Shown here: piece after piece, positions 55,515 to 64,000 of the stretch | How positions within the stretch are numbered: position 1 is the first letter of the stretch | How the letters are laid out: every line of letters begins with the position of its first letter | IMG/VR virus record: IMGVR_UViG_3300006103_000010 | Length of the DNA: 64,000 nucleotides | Source: an uncultured virus (IMG/VR IMGVR_UViG_3300006103_000010) | Taxonomy: Duplodnaviria; Heunggongvirae; Uroviricota; Caudoviricetes | Direction: 5' to 3' (one strand) | Made by a program: the position numbers and the translations under genes | The notes under the pieces: model-generated | Told to the model about the DNA's origin: nothing | What the model saw: the letters and a program-made list of their open reading frames with translations, nothing else | Databases searched by the model: none

Positions 55515-56134
55515 GTCTGTATGACGGCTCTGGATATACTGACTATGATGTTTGGATGGTTAGCTTATCTACCTCTAGCAATAATCAGTTTGCTAGCCAG
55601 CAGACTCACCATGGTATGTGGTGGTCGCCAATACGTAGAGCAGAAACATTTATTCAGATCACTTGTATTTGGCCACTAATTGGCAGCTCATTAAAAATCA
55701 ACTCTGGATTTGAAGGTATTGATCCACATGATGGGTTCAAGCGCATGAATGTTTTACAAGATGCAATTCATTCACACCAGATGCAGATAATAGCTGGACA
55801 GACTACCAATCCAATGGTTATTAACTATTGGAATAATAATGCTCAGTCACCAATCTTTAATGAGCTGATCAGTAAGCCTGGCGATCTAACGCCTCTTATA
55901 TATAAGGGTTGGATAAGAAGTGTTGAAAAACAGTTTGACAAATCAAAGAACGTATTTTATACTAATTACTATATGAATATTCTTACGCACCCTAACCCAA
56001 ATAGCAGTTCACCAACCACTTCAATTACTGCTGAAGTTACATACGCGCCAACAGCTTATGATCAGAATGCATATGGGAGCGGATGGTTAAACATTCCAGC
56101 AATGCAAAAACAAATACCAAATGTAGCACCATAG
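55493..56134 (+). CDS. baseplate protein
   Basis: Synteny; 213 aa. Confidence 0.55.
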   Translation: MAGNATLSLYDGSGYTDYDVWMVSLSTSSNNQFASQQTHHGMWWSPIRRAETFIQITCIWPLIGSSLKINSGFEGIDPHDGFKRMNVLQDAIHSHQMQIIAGQTTNPMVINYWNNNAQSPIFNELISKPGDLTPLIYKGWIRSVEKQFDKSKNVFYTNYYMNILTHPNPNSSSPTTSITAEVTYAPTAYDQNAYGSGWLNIPAMQKQIPNVAP

Positions 56135-56143
56135 AGGAAAGAT

Positions 56144-58933
56144 ATGCCAGCCAATCAATCAGGTACATTTGCATACGCTCCAGACATAGCATGCTCTATC
56201 TATACCACTGCTGGTGTACTTGATGTGTCACAAGATATTGTTGACTTTACCATCACAAGAAATATTGGTGCAGTCAGCCAGCTGAACATGGACCTTGCTA
56301 ATCCTGGCAAGAAATACAATCGTGTTATTAATACCATGGACAGAATTACTGTATTTCTCAAGCGGACTGATTGGGTCCAGGTGTTCACTGGCTATGTGAC
56401 ATTTGCACCGGTTGAGACTCTTATCCCAACAACTGTTAGCATAGCTGCAGACTGTACCATACGAATTTTACAGAATACCTATTGGGATGATACTCTACAA
56501 GCTTTCCAGAACCTTTTGTTAAACCAGTATGACAATGCTGCAGCTAGCTCAGACCGCACTCTTAATGATGGTGGTGTAGCACAAGCAATCGTCAACCTTT
56601 TGGTAAGTGTTTGTGGATGGGACTCGAGCAGAATACATATTCAGGGAATGCCGCCTGGCATGATGAATTTGATGCAGAAAGCCTTCCAGGGTATCGTTAA
56701 TGGTTTGCCACAGAATTCTATTGATGAGCTATCACAGATCTTGAGTGCAGCACCTTATATAGCTGGTAATGCTACAAGCACTGGATCTAGCAATAATAGC
56801 ACACCACAAACTGTATCTGGTAGTAATGTCGGAGTGGGTTCACCCCCTGGCGTTGAGTTTACTGCTAACTATGTTCAGCCATTTTATACACATCCACTAG
56901 GCCCTGGCGGTAAAGAGAACTTCCCAGGAAGAAATCCAAATAATCCAGTAAACCTTGATCGCATTAATCTTGATCCCTATTGGGCAGGCGTTCCATTCTC
57001 TTACACAGCATTCACTACAAATAGTGGCGGACAAATAGACAATGCAAAGCGTTGGATTTCACAGGACTGGCCACTTGGTAACAAGCACGATAAGGATGCT
57101 AACTGGAACGGTAGATTGCTACTGGTAAGTAATATTAATACCAACAGAGTTGTTGCATTGCGAGCTACTAATCCCACTCAAAAACCTAATGCCGTTGATA
57201 AGAATCATAATGCTGTTATAAATAATGATATCGCTAATATCGATTATATACAGGTGCATCCTAGCGTTGCTGCTTATCTTGGTGGGCAAATTACAGCTGA
57301 TCAAATTAGTAAGTATAATGCAAATAGTGCTGGTACACCATCATCTGTTCCTGTATACGCTATATGGGCTGATGAGGCTACGGTTAGGCATTCTGGACCA
57401 CAGGAGCAAATTAGCAACAATGCTACAGCTGCAAAGCAAGCTAATCTACCTGGTAGCAGTGCTATACCTAGTACTCCTAAAGTATATGAGACAGCTCAAC
57501 AGGCAGTTGTAGCATATGCAGTTAGTCAGACTGGGGCACAGTACAGCCAGGGTGGATATGGCGGCTCCAAAGATGTTTATGGTGGTAAAACAAGAGGCAG
57601 AGAATCCCCTAAAGGACCAGGTAGCCCTGGATATTTTGACTGTAGTGGCCTTGTGCAGTGGGCTTATAGCAAGATAGGTATAACCATTGGTGGAGTAACA
57701 ACTACTCAGTGGGGCACTGGAACTCACTCAGATGACTCTACACATGGTACGCTGATCCCAAAGAATGCTCAGCCACAACCTGGTGATCTTATGTTCTGGG
57801 ACGTTCCTAGCGATGGTGGACAGCAGCCAGCTCACGTAACCATGCTATCACAAGCTTTTGATAAAAATGGCAAGGGCAAGATGATGGCTGCAAATACCTG
57901 GGGTATGCCAGCCGGTGAGCAGGATGTAAACTGGAATGACATCAAAAATGGTGGCGGCATGCCTGGTTGGGGAATGAACTATATGGGTGCTCGTAGCCCA
58001 CTATCTAGCATGCTAACTCCTGGTAAAGTATACGAGTTCCCAACCATAACTAATGTGACTGATAAGAGCCCTAACGTTAATGTTAGTTCAAGTTCACAGG
58101 GCGCAAGTGGCAATTCACAAGAGACAAGCATGCTTAGCCTGACTGGCAGCTATAGCTATCTCATGAATCCACCAACATTTGATCCTCGAGCAAGCATCAT
58201 GGTCGGTACAGCAAGAGCTTTCTTGTTGGATAATAATGTTTTATCTGACTTCCAGCAGATAATTGGAGCAGGGCTTAGAACATTCCAAAGTGCTCCTAAT
58301 GGTGACTTTGTTGCCTGGTTCCCTGATTACTATGGATTTTATGGCACTGATCCAGTGATAGATATCAGCCCTGTAGAAATAGTTGACTTCCAAATTTACC
58401 ATGATGATAATCAGCTGGTAACTCACTATGGAATTATTGGAGACACGCTGGGCATTGGGCAGCAGGTAAGCATGGGTGACTACCTAACAACCAATGGTAT
58501 TGTCAGTATCGAAGATGGCAGCACCATGAATGTATTGTTTGGAAAACTTTCTCAGGGACAAAGCTATGCACAAAGCGCTGATACATTCTTGAAGCGTTAC
58601 GGTATGCGCCCAATGGCCCAGGAACAGAATATGATTCACAGTCATGGTATGGAATACCTTTATGCGCTTACCGGTTTTATGAACCAGTGGGTAAATCAGT
58701 ACGCCAGCACCATCTCACTTACCTTCATGCCAGAACTATACCCTGGAATGCGTGCAACAATGACTATAGATGATCCTGTTGATGGCTCAGTCACGTATCA
58801 GTTCTACTGTACAAGTGTTACACACCAGGGGAGCAGAAGCAGCGGATTCACAACTCAAGCAACTTTCACAGCTCCTGTAACCATAGTAAACGGTGTAAAA
58901 AAGATTCTTGATTATGGATTGAGTTTAATATGA
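56144..58933 (+). CDS. baseplate hub with embedded NlpC/P60 tail-associated lysin
   Basis: Hub-like N- and C-termini (FMPELYPGMR, SVTHQGS) around FDCSGLVQWAY...PGDLMFW...HVTM. Confidence 0.85.
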   Translation: MPANQSGTFAYAPDIACSIYTTAGVLDVSQDIVDFTITRNIGAVSQLNMDLANPGKKYNRVINTMDRITVFLKRTDWVQVFTGYVTFAPVETLIPTTVSIAADCTIRILQNTYWDDTLQAFQNLLLNQYDNAAASSDRTLNDGGVAQAIVNLLVSVCGWDSSRIHIQGMPPGMMNLMQKAFQGIVNGLPQNSIDELSQILSAAPYIAGNATSTGSSNNSTPQTVSGSNVGVGSPPGVEFTANYVQPFYTHPLGPGGKENFPGRNPNNPVNLDRINLDPYWAGVPFSYTAFTTNSGGQIDNAKRWISQDWPLGNKHDKDANWNGRLLLVSNINTNRVVALRATNPTQKPNAVDKNHNAVINNDIANIDYIQVHPSVAAYLGGQITADQISKYNANSAGTPSSVPVYAIWADEATVRHSGPQEQISNNATAAKQANLPGSSAIPSTPKVYETAQQAVVAYAVSQTGAQYSQGGYGGSKDVYGGKTRGRESPKGPGSPGYFDCSGLVQWAYSKIGITIGGVTTTQWGTGTHSDDSTHGTLIPKNAQPQPGDLMFWDVPSDGGQQPAHVTMLSQAFDKNGKGKMMAANTWGMPAGEQDVNWNDIKNGGGMPGWGMNYMGARSPLSSMLTPGKVYEFPTITNVTDKSPNVNVSSSSQGASGNSQETSMLSLTGSYSYLMNPPTFDPRASIMVGTARAFLLDNNVLSDFQQIIGAGLRTFQSAPNGDFVAWFPDYYGFYGTDPVIDISPVEIVDFQIYHDDNQLVTHYGIIGDTLGIGQQVSMGDYLTTNGIVSIEDGSTMNVLFGKLSQGQSYAQSADTFLKRYGMRPMAQEQNMIHSHGMEYLYALTGFMNQWVNQYASTISLTFMPELYPGMRATMTIDDPVDGSVTYQFYCTSVTHQGSRSSGFTTQATFTAPVTIVNGVKKILDYGLSLI

Positions 58934-59736
58934 GTGCTATTATCAAGCATAGCCCACAAAAAGATGGTGTATTGCGCGTTATAATTACAACCGCAGCTGC
59001 TCTGCACCCTCAAAGCTATGCTCCAAATGCTGCTGATAACTATTACTGTAAAGCCATAGATATGAAGGGCTTCCAGATCGAAGTTGATCTACAAGCACTA
59101 CCACCTGGGGTTAGCTATACACAGATTCAACCCAATCAGGTTTGGTGGGTAGAGAAGCGAACTAGCCTATATCGTTTGTATTTATATGCTGGTATATATG
59201 ATCCAATCACTCGTCGTATTGATAGTACAGGTCTTCTGCCACAATTTCCTCCAACATGGGCGAGCTACTATGACACTACTAATCAGATTGCTACGTCAGC
59301 TAATCAACCATACGTAGTAAGTTTTAATACTGTCGTAGGCCAGAGCGGTTTCACTCTCGTGTCTGGTTCACAGATTACTGCCTTAGCCGCTGGAGTATAT
59401 AACTTTCAGTTTACAGCACAGTTCGCCCTCACAAATACTGGTGGTACAGCTACTTATAATACAAGCGTATGGATGCGGCAGAATGGAGTTGACGTGCCTT
59501 GGACTGGTGGGGAAATCAGCATCTACGCAAAGTCTCCATACGCTCTACCCAGCTGGAACTTTGTTCAGCAGATGAACGCTGGTGATTACGTAGAACTAGT
59601 ATGGGCCGTGGATACAGCTAACCAAATCTATGTTGCTGCGCAACCTTCAGTTGCTAATGGCTATTCGCCAGCCTGGCCCAAGCCGCCATACGGCACAAGC
59701 ATTCCATCATGGACTATGACTGTATGCCAAGCATAG
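58930..59736 (+). CDS. baseplate spike-like protein with C1q/BclA-like C-terminal domain
   Basis: AGVYNFQFTAQF...AGDYVELVW pattern. Confidence 0.55.
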   Translation: MSAIIKHSPQKDGVLRVIITTAAALHPQSYAPNAADNYYCKAIDMKGFQIEVDLQALPPGVSYTQIQPNQVWWVEKRTSLYRLYLYAGIYDPITRRIDSTGLLPQFPPTWASYYDTTNQIATSANQPYVVSFNTVVGQSGFTLVSGSQITALAAGVYNFQFTAQFALTNTGGTATYNTSVWMRQNGVDVPWTGGEISIYAKSPYALPSWNFVQQMNAGDYVELVWAVDTANQIYVAAQPSVANGYSPAWPKPPYGTSIPSWTMTVCQA

Positions 59737-59768
59737 TGTACTAGAGCCCTTATTTTGTACGAGATAAT

Positions 59769-60221
59769 ATGAAAACCATCACAGTAAGCAATGGCGACAT
59801 ACAGATGAGTAGTGGAAAAATCAAGTTCTCTACTGGCCGACAAAAGTTGATTGAAGATCTACAACGTTGGCTTGAGGAGCCATTGGGTACAGGTTTTACC
59901 ACCCCAGGTTTTGGTAGTCTGCTAAGTACTTATATAGGGACTAATGCATCATCAGTGTATGCTGGATCCGTAGATAGTGAGATAATACGAGTTTTACAAT
60001 TGTATCAAGGCCAGCAGGTTTTGAGCTTGAAGTCAGCACAGAATGCTGCTAAACTATCTAATTGGAACAAGAGCGAAATCATACAAAATATCCTTTCAGT
60101 TAACTCAATAGTGCAAGGTACTTCAATCGTTTCGACAATTCAACTTTCTACTCTTGATGATAATACAATAAGTTTAGATATATATCTAGGTAACGATGGG
60201 GTAACAGTTCAAAATGGCTAA
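59769..60221 (+). CDS. baseplate wedge protein (gp25/gpW-like)
   Basis: WLEEPLG...PGFGSLL motif; precedes baseplate J. Confidence 0.75.
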   Translation: MKTITVSNGDIQMSSGKIKFSTGRQKLIEDLQRWLEEPLGTGFTTPGFGSLLSTYIGTNASSVYAGSVDSEIIRVLQLYQGQQVLSLKSAQNAAKLSNWNKSEIIQNILSVNSIVQGTSIVSTIQLSTLDDNTISLDIYLGNDGVTVQNG

Positions 60222-62703
60222 CTCAGGAACAGTACTAGCAAGACTTCAAGCAGCTCTATCTGTATATGATCCATCTTGGGACGTAAGTGTTGGTAGTGCT
60301 ACATATAAGATCCTTGAGGCAGTGGCTCAAGAAATTGCCCTAGCAAACAACAGCTCTACACTACAAACATATAGCTATGATGTCAATACAAAATCTGGTC
60401 AAGAGCTAGATGTATTCTGTAATTTGTTTGGTGTATATCGACAGCTGGGCAAAAGAGCTTCTGGCACTGTAACATTTAGCACCACTGGGACCGCTTCTTC
60501 TCTAACAGTAATCCCTGTTGGTACGCAGGTCGCTGCACCAATTGGTAGTGCCAATAACAATCCAACTGCTATATACTATGTAACGACTGCAGCAGCAGTT
60601 ATACCTACGGGCGCTACATCTGTACAGGTTCCTGTTATGGCAGTTTTACCTGGAACATATGGTAATATAACAACTGGCGTTATAATGCAACCAGTTGGTT
60701 CTATAATGAACGTAACTGGCGTGACAAACACTGGCCCAATCACTGGTGGTACTGACCCAGAGAGCGATTCAGAATTTAGAAATCGTTGGCAAAATACAGC
60801 ATTTAACAACACAACAGGAACATATGGCAAATACATCGTAACCGCTCTACAGGATCAGAACGTAACTAGAGCAAATGCAATAGGCCAGCAAAATTATTGG
60901 GATGAACAGTGTCAGATCTTTTCAACGATCAGTGGTGGAACAAGTAACCCTGTAACACTTTTGTTTGTAGCATATTCTGGGATGACTAATCTACTAACTG
61001 GATCTGGAATAAATGCCACAACAGTTATAGGTAGCGCAAACTACACTGCATCTTCTACAGGAGCTACTGTAGCAAACAGCCTCAACGCAATCATTGATGT
61101 TCTTGCACCTGGCAACAATGTAACAATAACGGCTAGCCCATCTTCGAATAGTATTAGTAGCGGAGTAACTCTTTCATATTCATCCACTTTGCCATACCGT
61201 TTGATGATAGGCAGTGGAACAAATGTAATACCTCAGGGTAGCAACGGTGTAACTACAGTGAGCGGTACAAGCTACTGGGAATACATACAAAGCGCTAATC
61301 CAGATATTGGTACATCTGGTACCATGTCATATATTAATGCACAGGTTTCAGGAGTTGCTGGATTCATGTTCCCTCAGGGAAATGAGCTCATTGGAAGTAA
61401 CCTGAGCACCAGTGCACAGACAGTTTATAGCAATACGAGCGATTACTATTACCCAAGTGGGCAGCCTTCTATACCTCTAACAATTAATATAGCTAATAAG
61501 TCTAACAATCTATTGCTATTCGCCGGTAATACAGTCGAGATGGTATCAGAGTACTGCTCCTCATCTAGTCGTGCTACAACTCTTGCAAGTGGTAACTATG
61601 TAGATGTATTCATTGATGCCACGACTGCCAACCAGATACAAGAGCAAGTGGCAATAGATAAGAATAATCTCGCACTATCGTCTGGCAATCCTACTAGTTA
61701 TCTGAATACAACTAACTATGTGTTTGCTAATGGATCAACTGCATCTAGCGGTACTATTAATGCTAATGGTGATTACTATATCTGGCTTAATCAGCAGCCA
61801 TTGGTCAACTTTCCACAACAGGTAGGCATCGCTAGCAGTGGCATAGCAGATACTTTTGCTCTATATAACAGCACAAGTGGTACTACTACTACAGTACCGA
61901 TTACATTAAACAAGTACCCATATATTACATTCACTGGTACAGTGCCAATTGCGTATACATATACACCAACAAACTTCATGCCAGTGGCTAATGCTAACCT
62001 GTTTCTATACCCAGGTCTTGCTCTGGCCAGTGGAGTAGCAACCTCTGGTAATAACTACTATATTACCAGTGTTACCAGTAGTGGTATATATTTGAATTAT
62101 AATATTACTGGTGTGTACATATCTCCTACTACTATTGCAATGAGTGGAAAATCTCTAGCATACCCGCTGTATGATGTTACTGATCTAGCAGGATCAGTGA
62201 ATTCAATAGCTGGGCTTGCTCTATGCTCAGGTACTGCTCCAACTGGGTGGTCTGGATTGCCTTCATCTACTGACTCAGCATATGTCATATACACACATAA
62301 TTATAACTCTGACGTAATCGATGTTGATGCTCTTGTTCAGCAAAGCAGGCCAGTAGGCACTAATGCTTTAGTTCACCAGGCTAACTTTATAAACATGGTA
62401 GTTAATCTAACTCTTGTAATAACCCCTGGTGCATCACAAGCATCTACACAATCCAGTATTAATTCAGCGATTAGTCAATACTTTGCTAGTTTTGGATATA
62501 ACCAAACTGTTTCTTTTTCTTCCATAGCATCCGCTGTTCTGGCAGCTGGTAGCATTATGAATGTTAGAGTCAATAGCGTTAATATTGTATCCATTGATGG
62601 TACTGTACAATCAACTAAGACTAGCGATTTTGTTCTTACGAGTAGCCAACTTCCATATCTATATAGCGTAAATTACACGTTCAAGGGATTAGGGAACTTC
62701 TAA
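60214..62703 (+). CDS. baseplate J-like protein
   Basis: GQELD..FGVYR..ASGTVTF, GGTDPESDSEFRNR. Confidence 0.9.
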   Translation: MANSGTVLARLQAALSVYDPSWDVSVGSATYKILEAVAQEIALANNSSTLQTYSYDVNTKSGQELDVFCNLFGVYRQLGKRASGTVTFSTTGTASSLTVIPVGTQVAAPIGSANNNPTAIYYVTTAAAVIPTGATSVQVPVMAVLPGTYGNITTGVIMQPVGSIMNVTGVTNTGPITGGTDPESDSEFRNRWQNTAFNNTTGTYGKYIVTALQDQNVTRANAIGQQNYWDEQCQIFSTISGGTSNPVTLLFVAYSGMTNLLTGSGINATTVIGSANYTASSTGATVANSLNAIIDVLAPGNNVTITASPSSNSISSGVTLSYSSTLPYRLMIGSGTNVIPQGSNGVTTVSGTSYWEYIQSANPDIGTSGTMSYINAQVSGVAGFMFPQGNELIGSNLSTSAQTVYSNTSDYYYPSGQPSIPLTINIANKSNNLLLFAGNTVEMVSEYCSSSSRATTLASGNYVDVFIDATTANQIQEQVAIDKNNLALSSGNPTSYLNTTNYVFANGSTASSGTINANGDYYIWLNQQPLVNFPQQVGIASSGIADTFALYNSTSGTTTTVPITLNKYPYITFTGTVPIAYTYTPTNFMPVANANLFLYPGLALASGVATSGNNYYITSVTSSGIYLNYNITGVYISPTTIAMSGKSLAYPLYDVTDLAGSVNSIAGLALCSGTAPTGWSGLPSSTDSAYVIYTHNYNSDVIDVDALVQQSRPVGTNALVHQANFINMVVNLTLVITPGASQASTQSSINSAISQYFASFGYNQTVSFSSIASAVLAAGSIMNVRVNSVNIVSIDGTVQSTKTSDFVLTSSQLPYLYSVNYTFKGLGNF

Positions 62704-63650
62704 TGGCTGGTAATATTGCACCATCTGATCCTCATCCTACATTTTTACAAAAGGTAAGGAACTTCCCTGATAATCTGTATAGTTTTGATGAGCAGAATAA
62801 TATCACAACACTAATGCAGATCCTTTTGGGCAACAGTGGAACAGGGCAACTAAGAAACATTCAGACAGTGGCCCGGCTAACTCAGCAGCATATTGAGTTT
62901 AGTAACCTGGATTCTATTCTTGGACAAATATTAAACATAGCCAGAGTATCACCTGAGATTTATAGCTTTGCTACTAATCCTTTTATCGATCAGCTTTCGC
63001 CGGATCAGTGGGATGAGGTGCTATCTAAGGATGGTAAATACAGAGAACGATTATTAGGTGCTGCTGAGTCTTTCCAGACCGGTGCAACCATATGGTCGAT
63101 AATGTCTATGTGTCAGTCAATGACAGGAATGAAGTTTTACGTCACTGAATCGTGGAGAACACCTGGTCTAGGCAGGTCAGGAGTTGATACAAGTCGTGAG
63201 ATAGTCATCATACCCATACTTGATACATCAAAAACGATTTTTAATTGGGATCAAAGCAAAGCAAGAACTATACTTGATGCAGCTCAAAAAATTATTGGAT
63301 CAAATTTAATTATAAGTTTTGGTACTCCACTATATAATCTTAATAATGTTACTCTATCAAATGCAGCGTCATCGGATACGTCAGAGTATTTTTTTATGCA
63401 ACCTACAGTAATGGCTACACGACTATCAACTCCTGTAAACATTCAGACCGGGTCTGATACAAGGTACTGGCTCACGCCTGGTCAGGCTAATGATGCTCCA
63501 TTCTTTGCTCATCTACAGACACAAGAGATATCAATTGACATGACAGGTAATATAGTTAACGTATCAAGCTCAGATCTATCAGGTGTTCCATACGATGCTC
63601 TAGCATCTCCATCTCTACAAATTACCTCTACTGTTTATGGTGCACAATAA
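62703..63650 (+). CDS. baseplate wedge protein (gpI-like)
   Basis: Follows baseplate J; LDSILG...YRERL pattern. Confidence 0.65.
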   Translation: MAGNIAPSDPHPTFLQKVRNFPDNLYSFDEQNNITTLMQILLGNSGTGQLRNIQTVARLTQQHIEFSNLDSILGQILNIARVSPEIYSFATNPFIDQLSPDQWDEVLSKDGKYRERLLGAAESFQTGATIWSIMSMCQSMTGMKFYVTESWRTPGLGRSGVDTSREIVIIPILDTSKTIFNWDQSKARTILDAAQKIIGSNLIISFGTPLYNLNNVTLSNAASSDTSEYFFMQPTVMATRLSTPVNIQTGSDTRYWLTPGQANDAPFFAHLQTQEISIDMTGNIVNVSSSDLSGVPYDALASPSLQITSTVYGAQ

Positions 63651-64000
63651 TGCCAATTACACCTAGGAATAATGACCCATTAAAAGATTATGTAACTCCG
63701 GGTCTTTCGCCATCTATCTCTAGCGATGGTTTAGTATACAATAAGATTTATGCTCATACTGGTGTTGTCGATACTCTACCTGCCTCTAATAATACTAGTC
63801 CTTATAATGACCCAACAACTACACTGATCAACAATAACAACTACATTCAGTTTAACCCTGCTGCTCAAACAGAATGGATATCATCTCAAGACTTTGGTGG
63901 TCCTGATAGTGCGCCAGTAACTCTGTCAATGTATGTAGTAAATGATACCTATTTTAATTCTATCTACTTTAATATTTTAAATGTTCCTTGTTATGTTGAG
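63650..64000 (+). CDS. partial virion protein (MPITPRNNDP...), truncated by the window end
   Basis: TAATG overlap; open to the end of the window. Confidence 0.7.
   Translation, partial: MPITPRNNDPLKDYVTPGLSPSISSDGLVYNKIYAHTGVVDTLPASNNTSPYNDPTTTLINNNNYIQFNPAAQTEWISSQDFGGPDSAPVTLSMYVVNDTYFNSIYFNILNVPCYVE

Noticed and set aside
59718..59744. Further late-promoter copy (ACTAG before gene 59769)
   Set aside because: No TGTAAAA box at the 15-nt spacing.
1..64000. Stop-codon reassignment, DGR/retron, terminase or integrase
   Set aside because: Genes tile densely in the standard code using all three stops. I saw no reverse transcriptase, terminase ATPase or recombinase motifs; the terminase presumably lies outside the window.

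Overview
This 64-kb window is the virion-morphogenesis arm of a large contractile-tailed (myovirus) bacteriophage. Almost all genes are on the + strand and tightly packed. The major capsid protein (30499-31509) closely resembles my recollection of the mycobacteriophage Bxz1 (cluster C) capsid, which suggests an actinobacterial host, although by eye the DNA is much less GC-rich than a mycobacterial genome. Gene order: a divergent small gene and a G-tract/A-tract intergenic zone (1-880); about 25 kb of mostly orphan, Zn-finger-rich or acidic proteins (884-23690), interspersed with a papain-like protease, Dps, a metallophosphoesterase, a permuted NlpC/P60 enzyme and a small tRNA island (Asn-GTT, Ile-TAT, a tRNA 3' half, an EndoVII remnant, an unidentified structured RNA); portal, prohead protease, scaffold, decoration protein and capsid; Gly-X-Gln collagen fibres; neck genes with an inserted Vsr-like endonuclease; sheath, tube, a -1-frameshifted chaperone, tape measure and baseplate. 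The most striking signal is a recurring peptide tag, [F/W/Y/L]-N-x-[K/R]-x-[A/S]. Its clearest form is four adjacent genes starting MNWNxRYA and fused to unrelated cargo, which looks like a modular capsid-loading/maturation tag. Other signals are a 6-copy TGTAA(A/T)A-N15-A(C/G/T)(T/A)A(G/A) candidate late promoter and heavy Ser-Gly enrichment in surface virion proteins. All function calls come from motifs read by eye and from synteny; no searches were run.
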